Positions 27,404-36,404 of a stretch of 64,000 nucleotides of DNA are shown here, piece by piece; within the stretch, counting starts at the first letter, position 1; every line of letters starts with the position of its first letter. Position numbers and translations under genes: made by a program. The stretch spans positions 279-64,278 of the forward strand of contig JBCLCL010000006.1 in the NCBI GenBank assembly GCA_038915815.1, written 5' to 3'. The DNA is from Candidatus Limnocylindrales bacterium. Its GTDB lineage: Bacteria > Chloroflexota > Limnocylindria > Limnocylindrales > CSP1-4. The notes beneath the pieces were generated by a model. It did not search any database and had not been told where the DNA came from. It saw nothing but the letters and a program-made list of their open reading frames with translations.

Positions 27404-28320
27404 TCGTCATCGATAGTGTGCCCGCGATCCTCCTGGTCGGTTCGGCTGCCGGTATCGCCGGAGCGAGCGTCTGGGCCCTGCTCCGGCACCTTCGGCCCCG
27501 GCCCGGCCTGACTGGGTGGACAGCCCTCCAGCGGTCGATGAGCTATGCGGCGCTCGCCCTGGTCCTGGCCGGCGCCGCCCAGCTGGGAACACCCGGGGTC
27601 GCCCTGCTGGTCGCCGGGCTCGGCGCGATCGGGTTGCTGGAATGGTCGCAGCTGATGGACCTGCCGGTTCACCACCGGGTCGCGTTGCAGGTGGCGAACG
27701 TGGCGATCGTCGCCTCGGCGGCGGTTCTCGGCACGGCTGCCGCCGAGTGGCTGATCGGCGGTCTGGTGCTGGTGGGGATCGCCTGGCCTGTGATCCGCGC
27801 CGATACCGGTCGGGCGCTGCGGGATCTGGGTTTGGCGGCCGTGGGCTGCGTAGCCATCCCGGTCCTGCTCGTCCACGGGGTCCTGCTCTCGGTGGAGCGC
27901 GGGGTGGCGGGGGTCACGTTGTTCACCGCCCTCGCGGTCGCCTGCGCGGGTTCGGATATCGGGGCGTTCATCGTCGGCCGGCGGTTCGGGCGAACGCCCC
28001 TGGCGCCGCGGCTCTCGCCCAGCAAGACTCGCGAGGGCGTCGTGGGTAACGTGCTGGGCGCGGCCATCGGCCTCGCCCCCTTCGCCGGTCTGCTCGTTCC
28101 CGAGTTCGGCCTCGCGTCGATCCTGGTGATCGTCGGGCTGGTCGCCGTCGGTGCGCTGTGGGGCGACCTGTTCGAATCGGCGGTGAAGCGCGAGGCCGGC
28201 GTGAAGGACGCGGCGCGGTGGCTGCCGGGCTTCGGCGGCATCCTCGACCGGATCGATTCCCTGCTCCTGGTCGTGCCCCTCGTCTACTGGGCGCTGCGAG
28301 TCGGGGAGGTGGCCGGGTGA
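27400..28320 (+). CDS. cdsA: Phosphatidate cytidylyltransferase (CDP-diacylglycerol synthase)
   Basis: Has the C-terminal signature SPSKTREGVVGNVLG...GDLFESAVKREAGVKD...LPGFGGILDRIDSLL. Its start overlaps the upstream stop. Confidence 0.9.
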   Translation: MIVIDSVPAILLVGSAAGIAGASVWALLRHLRPRPGLTGWTALQRSMSYAALALVLAGAAQLGTPGVALLVAGLGAIGLLEWSQLMDLPVHHRVALQVANVAIVASAAVLGTAAAEWLIGGLVLVGIAWPVIRADTGRALRDLGLAAVGCVAIPVLLVHGVLLSVERGVAGVTLFTALAVACAGSDIGAFIVGRRFGRTPLAPRLSPSKTREGVVGNVLGAAIGLAPFAGLLVPEFGLASILVIVGLVAVGALWGDLFESAVKREAGVKDAARWLPGFGGILDRIDSLLLVVPLVYWALRVGEVAG

Positions 28321-28970
28321 TGCGCGGCTGGCAATTCAGCACGGCCGCGATCCTGGCCCGCGAGGTGACCGCCTGGCTGTTCGGACCGATCGTCGTCTGG
28401 CTCCTGCACGGTCCACGGGTTCGCGGACGCGAGCACCTGAGATCGCTCGAGCACCCGTTCCTGCTCTGTCCAAGCCACGCCAGTCATCTCGATTTTTCGG
28501 CGGTGCGCCTCGCCCTGCGCTCTCGTCATCGGCAGAAGATCGTGGCTGCCGTCGCGGCGGACTACTTCACCGTCAGCCGACTCCGCTGGTTCATCGCGGC
28601 GTGGCTCGGTGCCTTCCCGTTCAACCGAACCGGACATGGCGGGCACGAAACCATCGACCAGGCGCTCGGCCTGCTCGAAGCCGGCTGGAGCGTCCTGGTC
28701 TTCCCCGAGGGGACTCGTAGCCGGACAGGCACGATGGCTCCATTCCGGCCCGGCATCGGGCTGATCGCGGTGAAGAGCGGCCGACAGGCGCTGCCGGTCC
28801 GGATCGTGGGCATCCACCGGGTGCTCCCACCCGGCGCCCGACGTCCACATCGCTCGCGAGTGGAGGTTCGCTTCGGCGCCCCCCTGCGTGCCGCGCCCGG
28901 CGAGGGCCCGCGAGCGTTCGCCGCGCGGCTGGAAGCGGCGGTCCGGGCCCTTGGCGACGATGACCGGTGA
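28320..28970 (+). CDS. plsC: 1-acyl-sn-glycerol-3-phosphate acyltransferase (LPLAT family)
   Basis: Has the HxxxxD motif (SHASHLD) and FPEGTRSRTG. The ATG at 28320 shares 1 nt with the cdsA stop. Confidence 0.85.
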   Translation: MRGWQFSTAAILAREVTAWLFGPIVVWLLHGPRVRGREHLRSLEHPFLLCPSHASHLDFSAVRLALRSRHRQKIVAAVAADYFTVSRLRWFIAAWLGAFPFNRTGHGGHETIDQALGLLEAGWSVLVFPEGTRSRTGTMAPFRPGIGLIAVKSGRQALPVRIVGIHRVLPPGARRPHRSRVEVRFGAPLRAAPGEGPRAFAARLEAAVRALGDDDR

Positions 28971-29536
28971 GGGTCCTCGACGGCCTGACGCGTTTCGCCC
29001 GCCAGCCGGCCGCTATCGCGACGATCGGTCTGTGGGCGATGGCAGAAGCGGTCGTCCTGCCGATCGTCCCCGACGTCGGGCTGTTGCTGCTCGTCCTCGC
29101 CGCACCGCGTCGGGCCGTGCACTTGTTCGCGGCGGTGGTCGTCGGCGGACTCGTCGGCACGGCGCTCCTGGCCGCCCTTTCCGCGGCGGCGCCCGAAACG
29201 GTGCGAGCCATGCTGCTCAGCCTGCCCGGGATCGACCCAGCGGTGCTGGCCGAGGCCGAGGGGACGCTGGCTCGGCACGGGATCGCCGGTTTCGCGCAGT
29301 TTGGGCCGGGCGAGCCGCTGAAGGTCTCCACGGTCGCATGGGTCGGCCAGGGTGGCGAGATCCCGGGCTTGCTTGCAGGGGCGCTGCTCAACCGGCTCAC
29401 GCGGATCGGCCCCGCCTTGCTTGTCTCGGTCGCGATCGGCTCGCTCCTGGGTCGGTGGATCCGCCGGCACGAGCGTCTGACCCTGTCGGTCTACGGCGTC
29501 ACGTGGCTCCTGGTCTACGCCGTCTACCTGGGCTGA
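28967..29536 (+). CDS. DedA/YqaA-like (SNARE-associated) membrane protein
   Basis: 189 aa and hydrophobic. The N-terminal GLWAMAEAVVLPIVPDVGLLLLV resembles the YqaA/DedA re-entrant motif. Has a GTGA overlap with plsC. Confidence 0.55.
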   Translation: MRVLDGLTRFARQPAAIATIGLWAMAEAVVLPIVPDVGLLLLVLAAPRRAVHLFAAVVVGGLVGTALLAALSAAAPETVRAMLLSLPGIDPAVLAEAEGTLARHGIAGFAQFGPGEPLKVSTVAWVGQGGEIPGLLAGALLNRLTRIGPALLVSVAIGSLLGRWIRRHERLTLSVYGVTWLLVYAVYLG

Positions 29537-29546
29537 CCGCGGCCAC

Positions 29547-30620
29547 TCAGGCGGGCCCGTTGCGCCGCAGGAGCTCCACCCTTCCATAGAGTGCCGTCCG
29601 CTCCTCCTCGACGAGATCCCGCGGTCCGTCCTCGGCGACCAGATCCGGGTGTGGAGGCAATCCGCCGTCCCGCAGGATGCTCCGCACAAGAACGCGTCCG
29701 CCAGGTCGCACTGCGTGGACAAGGGCGATCGCAAGACGCGTTCCGCTGGCCGGGTCGAGCCAATCCGGCACGTTCGAGACGGTGACCGCGTCGAATCGCC
29801 CCGGCGGCATCCCGGCGAGCACCTGGGCCAGATCGCCCCGAACGAGGCGGATCACGGCGGCGGACTCGGCTACCTCCGTCGCGATGGCCCGATCGAGCCA
29901 GCACGCCCCGTCCCCGGGGTCGGCGGCGCGGCCGCTGAACGCCGGCCGCCACCAGGGATGGCGTCGGGCCAGCGTCCGGCCGAGCACGCCGTCGATCCGT
30001 CCGGCGATGGCCACCGAGTAGCCGCCTTCCCGCATCCGCCGCAGCTCGTGGCCGTTCGGTGCCAGGGGCGACAGGACCGCGGTGTGTCGGGCCAGCCAAT
30101 GGGTCAGCGGACCGAACAGGCGAGGCTGGACGTGGGACCGCCACCAGCGCTGTTGCTCCCGCTGATCGTCGAATGCCTCGATCTGCCGACCCAGGCTCGG
30201 CACGATCAGCCGCAGCGCGCGCCCGAACCAGGCGAATGACCGCCCCACCCCGGCGTGCCGATGGAAGTCGTGCTCGAAGGCGCCGATATGGACGTCCCAG
30301 AATGCGGCATCGGCAGACGCCAATCGCGGGCGGATCACCCGTCGATAGCGACCGACCGGATCGGCCACCCGGCCGACCTCGAACCAGCGGTAGCGCTCGT
30401 CCGGGTCGAGTCCGGCGGCCGCGATCTTGAGCGCCGACAGGTGGAGCTGGGCGGCGTTGAGATCGACCGCCACGACTTCCGCCGCGCCGGCCGCGGCGAG
30501 GGCCAACGGGACGTCGCCGGCAGCCGCGATGCACAGCACTCGTTCTCCAGGGGTGATCGCGAGGGCGGCCATGTCGAGGCGGTCGTCCTCCCATGCCCGG
30601 GTGAACACGATCCCGCTCAT
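29547..30620 (-). CDS. DUF3419 / BtaA-like SAM-dependent (3-amino-3-carboxypropyl-transferase-like) protein
   Basis: The N-terminus FTRAWEDDRLDMAALAITPGERVLCIAAAGDVPLALA...VVAVDLNAAQLHLSALK matches the conserved W-E-D ... GxGD ... DlN..Q core of the BtaA/DUF3419 family. The C-terminus has SNVPDWL. Confidence 0.75.
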   Translation of the reverse strand: MSGIVFTRAWEDDRLDMAALAITPGERVLCIAAAGDVPLALAAAGAAEVVAVDLNAAQLHLSALKIAAAGLDPDERYRWFEVGRVADPVGRYRRVIRPRLASADAAFWDVHIGAFEHDFHRHAGVGRSFAWFGRALRLIVPSLGRQIEAFDDQREQQRWWRSHVQPRLFGPLTHWLARHTAVLSPLAPNGHELRRMREGGYSVAIAGRIDGVLGRTLARRHPWWRPAFSGRAADPGDGACWLDRAIATEVAESAAVIRLVRGDLAQVLAGMPPGRFDAVTVSNVPDWLDPASGTRLAIALVHAVRPGGRVLVRSILRDGGLPPHPDLVAEDGPRDLVEEERTALYGRVELLRRNGPA

Positions 30621-31936
30621 CAGAAGTCGCGGAAGACGGTCGCCCGTTTGCCGCTCGCTGGACGAGGGATGGCCTCGACCGGACGGACACGGATGGTCAG
30701 CCCGGTCCCGATCAGCTCCCTCCGGAGGGAGTCGCCGATCACGTCCTCGATCCCCGGATCGAAGCTCAAGCCCGGCACGAACTCGAAGTCAGCATGGGCA
30801 GGATCGGCCTGGACGAAGCGATAGGCACTTGCGGCGCCTTCGCCGGCCGCGATGAGGGCGCGATAGCAGACATCGAGCAGGAAGCCGGGGGCAAGGGGTC
30901 GACCGTCGCCGAGCACGAAGCCGTCGTTACTGCGACCGGCCAGATCCACGAGCAGGCGCGTCTGGCGCCCGCACGTGCACCGCTCGTCGCTGATCCGGGC
31001 CAGGTCTCCCTGCCGATATCGAACGAATGGCATCGTTCGGTTATGGAACTCCGTCCCGACGATCTCGCCGATCCCGTCGGTCGGCAGCCCGTCCGGGTCG
31101 AGCGTCTCGATGTGGACGACATCCTCGTGGAGGTGGTATCGGCCGTCGGGGCATTGGGAAGCGATCCGGCCGAGTTCCTCGGAGCTGTATTCGTCGCGGA
31201 CCCGGCAACCGAGCGCGTGCTCCCAGCCGTCGCGCTCCTCCTGCGTCGAGAGTTCCGAGCCGACCGACACGCCCTTGAGACCCAGCCGCCGCATCCGCTC
31301 CGGGTCGAGCGACACCAGGTCCCGCAATACCGATGGATATGTGTGGAGGAGGTGCGGGCGGAATGCGATCAAGCCGGCGAGGATCACCTCGGGTTGGCCG
31401 GAGGTCGGGATGAATCGCATCGGGTAGAGCAGAGGGACACGGAGCAGCGGGTACTCGGAGGTGTAGACATACGCCTGGCGCCACCAGAATGGATAGCTTC
31501 CCCCCGCGGCCCAGCGCAGCATCCGCTGGCCGGACAGGAGGTACGGCCAGAAGCGGTCGGCCCGGTGCGGGACCGTCATCATCCGTCCGCTCGACCCGGA
31601 GCTGGTGGAGAGCAGGCAGGCGGCGAGGTCGCTGCCGCGAGCGATCGAGCGATCGGGATAGCCGTCGACGATCGTCGGCTTGTCCATCAGCGGCAGGCGA
31701 TGGACGTCTTCCCAGGTGTGGATCGCGACGGGGTCGATGCCTGCTTCGCGGTAGCGCTCGGCGTAGACGGGGACCGTCAGGCCGGCGTGCACGGCCATCT
31801 CACGGGTGCGCCGCAGGGCGAACGCGTCCAACCGCTCACGATCCGCCCACTCGCGGCGCGCGTAGAGCGGCCAGCAGCCCGCGGTCATGGCCAGGTTGAT
31901 CGCATATTCGCGAGCGGTCAGACGGCGCAGTGGCAT
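30620..31936 (-). CDS. PaaK / coenzyme F390 synthetase-like adenylate-forming enzyme
   Basis: Has the adenylation P-loop TSSGSSGRMMTVPH and IVGTEFHNRTMPFVRYRQGDL. The size (438 aa) is typical of the PaaK/CapK-like family. ATG 31936 is preferred. Confidence 0.7.
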   Translation of the reverse strand: MPLRRLTAREYAINLAMTAGCWPLYARREWADRERLDAFALRRTREMAVHAGLTVPVYAERYREAGIDPVAIHTWEDVHRLPLMDKPTIVDGYPDRSIARGSDLAACLLSTSSGSSGRMMTVPHRADRFWPYLLSGQRMLRWAAGGSYPFWWRQAYVYTSEYPLLRVPLLYPMRFIPTSGQPEVILAGLIAFRPHLLHTYPSVLRDLVSLDPERMRRLGLKGVSVGSELSTQEERDGWEHALGCRVRDEYSSEELGRIASQCPDGRYHLHEDVVHIETLDPDGLPTDGIGEIVGTEFHNRTMPFVRYRQGDLARISDERCTCGRQTRLLVDLAGRSNDGFVLGDGRPLAPGFLLDVCYRALIAAGEGAASAYRFVQADPAHADFEFVPGLSFDPGIEDVIGDSLRRELIGTGLTIRVRPVEAIPRPASGKRATVFRDF

Positions 31937-31955
31937 CGGCCCCTCCCAGACGGCA

Positions 31956-34472
31956 TCACAGGCCGGCCACGGCCTGCTCGAGGCGGGTCGTGGCCTCGGC
32001 ATGGTCCATGTCCGCAGCGAACCAGATCGGCGCCCCGATGACGAGTTCCACGTCGCCGCGCAACGGCGCCGGGAAGCGTCGCGCGTCCACGAACGACATC
32101 CGGTTGATCCGGAGCTTGACCGGCACGATGGCCGTCGCCCCTTCGACCGCGATCAGTCCGGCTCCCGCCTTGAACGGCTGCAGCGGCCCGCCGACGGTGA
32201 GCTTCCCCTCCGGGTAGATCAGGATGTTGAAGCCCCGGTCGAGGCGGATCCCGAGCATCTCGAGGCTCCGTCGAACCGAACCCTCGCGCGCCAGCGGGAA
32301 CGCATTGGCGATGACCGAGGCAAGGATCCCCTGGATCGGGTTGTCGTAGATGGTGTCGGCGGCAGCGGCGACCGACAACTTCCAGCGGACGCCGAGCGGC
32401 AGCCGAGTCAGGATGATCGCGTTGTCCAGGTGGAGGCAGTGGTTGGGCGTGAACAGGACTGGTCCGTCGATCCCGTCAAGGTGCTCCAGGCCGGTCGTCC
32501 GGACGCGGTAGAAGAGGCGCACGAAGGGATAGATCAACAGGACCTGGAACGCCAGCCCCAGCGCACGGACCGCGGGACTCAGCGGCCAGTTCCAGGACTG
32601 TGGCTTGCGTTTCGCGTCGCGGGCCGCCTCGACCAGCGCGATGAGGTCGGCCACCGTGGCATCCGGCTCGAGGGCGTCGTCGTCGATGAAGACGCCCAGA
32701 TCCTCCTCGATCAGGCCGAGAAGCTCGACCCGCTGGAGCGAGTCGAGGTTCAGATCGCTTGACAGGCGTGCGGTGGGCAGCACGAGCGCCACGGACAGCC
32801 CGCCGAGGCTTGCCACCAGGGTGGTCACCGGGTCGGCCTGGGCGGCATCCGCGCCGTCCCGATGGGTCCCCGCCCCAGCGGCCACCTGACCATGTGCTGG
32901 CGATCGCGCCTCCGCAACCTCGAGGAGCGCGAGGCGAGCCAGCACCTCCTGCTTGCGGACCTTCAGGGTGTGGGTCCTGGGCAGGTCCTCGTCCGGCCAG
33001 ATCGTTGACCCGCGGATCTGCTGGTGCGGCGCGAGTCGCCCGTTCGCCATGCGCACGATCTCCCGCGCCGACTCCGGCTCGGTCGTGAGCAGCACGGCGT
33101 GAACCTTGAGGTCCGGGCCGGGCGGCCAACCCACGACGGTGGCGTCCTTCAGCCGGTCATCAAGGTGCAGGACGGCCTCCACGTCCTCCGGGTAGACCTT
33201 CTGGCCGTCGGGCAGGGCGAGCATGTCCTTCTTGCGCCCCCGGAAGGTGAGGAAACCGTCTCCGGTCAGTTCACCAAGATCGCCCGAGTGATACCAGCCG
33301 TCGGCATCGATGGCCGCGGCGGTCGCCTGCGGGTTCTGCCAATAGCCCTGGAACCGATTGGGTCCCCGGGCAAGGATCTCGCCGTCCGCGGCGATCCGGA
33401 TCTCGACCCCCGGGATGGCCTCGCCCACGGTCCCGACCCGGTTCCGGGACGGCCGGGTGAAGCTGATCACCGGACCCATCTCCGTCATGCCGTACCCCTG
33501 TAGGACGTCGACGCCCATGTCCATCCACCGATCGGCGAGTTCGACCTCCATGGCGGACGCCCCGACGCCCACGGTGTGCAGCCGGCCACCGAACTGGGAG
33601 AGCACGGGCCGGAAGGCCAGGCGTCGAAGCGGCCGCGGGAGGCGCCGGGCGATGCGATGGAGCGTCTCGAACCCAGTCCGCCTGCCCGACTCATCCACCC
33701 GGCGCTCGATCGCGTTGTCGAGCAGGCGAAGGCCCTGCGGGACGATCAGCAGGACCGAGATCTTGAAGTCCCGGAACGTGCGAAGCAGCACGGACGGCTG
33801 GCGGCTGACCGGGTAGACGATGCTCGCGCCGATCAGCAGCGGGGTGATGAAGCCAAGGGCCTGCTCGAACAGGTGCGACAGCGGCAGGACGGACAGCAGG
33901 CGGTCCGAAGGGCCGAAGGGAAGGACGGTGACGAGCGATCGAGCGCACGAGACGAGATTGCCGTGGCTCAGCATCGCCCCCTTGGGCTCGCCGGTCGTCC
34001 CGCTGGTGAAGACGATCTCGGCAAGGGTGTCTTCGTCGATCGGTGCGGGGTCCATGGCCTCTGCCTGGCGCGCCAGGTCGGGGAGCGTCTCGACCCAGAC
34101 GATGGGCAGGCCCAGCTGTCGCGCCGACGCCGCGGTCTGGCGACTGGCCACGACGACGCGGGCGCCGGTCTGGGTCGCGATCTTCAGGCCGAAGTCCACC
34201 GTGTGGCGGACGTCGAGCGGGACCGATACCGCGCCCAGGTGGGCGACACCCAGGAAGGCGAGACCCCACTCGGGACGATTGACGGCCCAGATGATCACCC
34301 GGTCGCCGCGCCCGACGCCGGCATCGGCAAGGACCCGGGCCACCCGAGGGACCGTGCGGGCGAGGTCGCGGTAGCGCCAGACACGCGTCCGGAAGGATGG
34401 CCTGATCAGCAGAGCGGGTCGCGTGTCGAAGCGCTCTGCGCCGTCGGCCACCAGTCGGATCAGGGTATCCAT
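31956..34472 (-). CDS. Tri-domain fusion: AMP-dependent acyl ligase + phosphopantetheine carrier domain + lysophospholipid acyltransferase (PlsC-like)
   Basis: The AMP-binding domain has FTSGTTGEPKGAMLSHGNL and YGMTE. The carrier motif is LNLDSLQRVELL (Ser578). The LPLAT domain has NHCLHLD (HxxxxD) and YPEGKLT. Confidence 0.85.
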   Translation of the reverse strand: MDTLIRLVADGAERFDTRPALLIRPSFRTRVWRYRDLARTVPRVARVLADAGVGRGDRVIIWAVNRPEWGLAFLGVAHLGAVSVPLDVRHTVDFGLKIATQTGARVVVASRQTAASARQLGLPIVWVETLPDLARQAEAMDPAPIDEDTLAEIVFTSGTTGEPKGAMLSHGNLVSCARSLVTVLPFGPSDRLLSVLPLSHLFEQALGFITPLLIGASIVYPVSRQPSVLLRTFRDFKISVLLIVPQGLRLLDNAIERRVDESGRRTGFETLHRIARRLPRPLRRLAFRPVLSQFGGRLHTVGVGASAMEVELADRWMDMGVDVLQGYGMTEMGPVISFTRPSRNRVGTVGEAIPGVEIRIAADGEILARGPNRFQGYWQNPQATAAAIDADGWYHSGDLGELTGDGFLTFRGRKKDMLALPDGQKVYPEDVEAVLHLDDRLKDATVVGWPPGPDLKVHAVLLTTEPESAREIVRMANGRLAPHQQIRGSTIWPDEDLPRTHTLKVRKQEVLARLALLEVAEARSPAHGQVAAGAGTHRDGADAAQADPVTTLVASLGGLSVALVLPTARLSSDLNLDSLQRVELLGLIEEDLGVFIDDDALEPDATVADLIALVEAARDAKRKPQSWNWPLSPAVRALGLAFQVLLIYPFVRLFYRVRTTGLEHLDGIDGPVLFTPNHCLHLDNAIILTRLPLGVRWKLSVAAAADTIYDNPIQGILASVIANAFPLAREGSVRRSLEMLGIRLDRGFNILIYPEGKLTVGGPLQPFKAGAGLIAVEGATAIVPVKLRINRMSFVDARRFPAPLRGDVELVIGAPIWFAADMDHAEATTRLEQAVAGL

Positions 34473-34503
34473 CGCGCCACCTCTGCTGAGTCGTCTCGTC
34501 CTG

Positions 34504-35172
34504 TCAGTCTGCGGATGCCTTCCCGACCAGATCGGCGAGGGTCTGGGCCGCTCCTTCGCGCAGGGGCGGATAATGGCTGAATACGATCATCTGGACGTCC
34601 AGCCCGGCGAGTCGTTTCACGCTCGCCCGTGCGGCCACCACGTCGTCGCTGTAGAGCCAGCTGGCGAAGACCACGCCCGTGCGACGCCGTTGCAGCACGT
34701 CACCCACGAACAAGAGCCGGTCGCGCCGGGCGTACAGGCAGACGCTCCCGGGGGTGTGCCCTGGGGTGTGGATCACCTCGAGTCCGCCCGCCACCGGCAG
34801 GACGTCGCCGTCGGCCAGCGGGATGACCGCGTCCGGCATGGGCGTCATGGCCGCGAACAACCGGCCTCGGGTCGGGCGGCGCAGCGCCTGGCGCATGTCC
34901 ACCCGCAGTCCGTCGTGGTCGGCCGGATGCATCAGGACGTCGGCGCCGCGGGCCGCCAGCTCCCGGGCCCCGCCGGCGTGATCCGGGTGGCCGTGCGTGC
35001 AGACGATCCGGGCGATGTCGTCCAAGGTCCGCCCGTGGTGAGCGAGGTAGGCCGCCATGAGTCGGCCGGACCCTGGGAGCCCGGCATCGATCAGGGTCGG
35101 ACGCGGCTCCAGGAACAGATGCCCCTGCGCGCCAAGGAGCTGGACGGCGTGGACGCCCGGCCAGATCTCCAT
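34504..35172 (-). CDS. Metallo-beta-lactamase-fold hydrolase
   Basis: Has the HxHxDH motif (CTHGHPDHAGG) and the downstream TPGHTPGS. ATG 35172 (MEIWPGVHAV) is preferred over the 454-aa ORF-track call. Confidence 0.85.
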   Translation of the reverse strand: MEIWPGVHAVQLLGAQGHLFLEPRPTLIDAGLPGSGRLMAAYLAHHGRTLDDIARIVCTHGHPDHAGGARELAARGADVLMHPADHDGLRVDMRQALRRPTRGRLFAAMTPMPDAVIPLADGDVLPVAGGLEVIHTPGHTPGSVCLYARRDRLLFVGDVLQRRRTGVVFASWLYSDDVVAARASVKRLAGLDVQMIVFSHYPPLREGAAQTLADLVGKASAD

Positions 35173-35297
35173 CCCTCTCCTCGGTCCGTCGGCCCGCGAC
35201 TCGAGATCGGGCTCGCGATTCGTCGAACCCGCCCGTAGGTATGATGGGCGACGCCGCGTGGGACGCAGTCTACGGCCGTTCGTGAACGCGAGATCGT

Positions 35298-35374
35298 CGG
35301 GGAGTAGCGTAGCCTGGTAACGCACGTGCTTTGGGAGCACGAGATCGTGGGTTCGAATCCCGCCTCCCCGACCA
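35298..35374 (+). tRNA. tRNA-Pro (anticodon UGG)
   Basis: Hand-folded cloverleaf: acceptor CGGGGAG/CTCCCCG, D stem GCGT/ACGC, anticodon stem CGTGC/GCACG with loop TTTGGGA, T arm GTGGG-TTCGAAT-CCCGC, and an encoded CCA. Confidence 0.9.
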
Positions 35375-35520
35375 ATCCCCGCGGCCGTCGCCCTCGATCC
35401 GTCGAGGCGTGGTAGGGTGGAACCTCGCCGCACTGCGCGGCGAACCGTCGCGTGGTCACCCCTCTTCTCGAACGGACCGTGCGCTGTGCAATCCCAGTTC
35501 GGGGAATGTTGGAGGTCATC

Positions 35521-35724
35521 ATGGCCACCGGTACCATCAAGAAGGTCGTTTCGGACCGCGGCTTCGGCTTCATCGCCGCAGAGGATGCGAAGGAATACTT
35601 CTTCCATCGCGACGGCCTGGACGCTTCGCTCAACTTCGATCGCCTGATCGGCGGCGAGCGCGTCGAGTTCGAAGTCGAAGCCAGCCCGAAGGGCCCGCGC
35701 GCCACCAAGGTGCGCGCCGCCTGA
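35521..35724 (+). CDS. Cold-shock domain protein (CspA family)
   Basis: 67 aa. MATGTIKKVVSDRGFGFIAAED carries the RNP-1 motif (RGFGFI). ATG follows GGAGGTCATC. It has a long (about 145 nt) upstream untranslated region. Confidence 0.9.
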   Translation: MATGTIKKVVSDRGFGFIAAEDAKEYFFHRDGLDASLNFDRLIGGERVEFEVEASPKGPRATKVRAA

Positions 35725-35746
35725 GCGTACGGCCTGACCGTATGAT

Positions 35747-35770
35747 GTGGCCCGTCTTCGGACGGGCCAC
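35747..35770 (+). terminator. Intrinsic terminator hairpin after the csp gene
   Basis: A perfect 10-bp stem (GTGGCCCGTC / GACGGGCCAC) with a TTCG loop lies 23 nt after the stop, followed by a T-containing tail (aactcgttctt). Confidence 0.65.
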
Positions 35771-35824
35771 AACTCGTTCTTGACCCACGAGGCTCGTTCG
35801 CAAACCGCCAGCCCGGAGGCCGCG

Positions 35825-36241
35825 ATGCCCGGCGAACCGACCGTTCGCGAGATGCGTGTCGTCGTCACGGCGACTGACTACGTCGAAGCCGTCCACTTCT
35901 ACCGCGACGTGCTGGGTCTTCCCGAACTGGCCGATTACTCTTCCGCGGACGGACGGGTCGTGCTCCTCGGCGCAGGGCGCGCCACCCTCGAGATCGTCGA
36001 TCCCGCGCAGGCCGAGTACATCGATCGGGTGGAGGTCGGTCGGCGGGTGGCGGGGCACATCAGGGTCGCCCTTGAAGTGGCCGACTCGGCCGCGACGTCT
36101 CGACTGCTGGCTGCCGATGGCGCCATGCTGCTGGCCGACGCCACCCTGACGCCGTGGCAGTCCGTCAACGCACGCCTGGAAGCTCCGGCGGGGCTCCAGC
36201 TCACACTCTTCACCGAAGCCTCGGCCGTCTTGCCGGACTGA
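35825..36241 (+). CDS. VOC (glyoxalase/bleomycin-resistance/dioxygenase) family protein
   Basis: The sequence VVVTATDYVEAVHFYRDVLGL...ATLEIVD...IRVALEV shows the typical paired beta-alpha-beta-beta-beta module pattern. ATG 35825 is preferred. Confidence 0.65.
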   Translation: MPGEPTVREMRVVVTATDYVEAVHFYRDVLGLPELADYSSADGRVVLLGAGRATLEIVDPAQAEYIDRVEVGRRVAGHIRVALEVADSAATSRLLAADGAMLLADATLTPWQSVNARLEAPAGLQLTLFTEASAVLPD

Positions 36242-36404
36242 CTGCCGACCGCCCGGCTGCCGGGTAGCCGTGCACGCCGTGCCCGGCCCCGCTCAAGTCG
36301 CGCCGGGTCGTGCCCCAGCCGCGCCCAGCAAGGTCCCCGCTCGGGCTCCGTCCAGCCCCCGCAGGGAGTCTCGCTGGTCCCCGCTCGCGCCCGCACGGGC
36401 GCCC

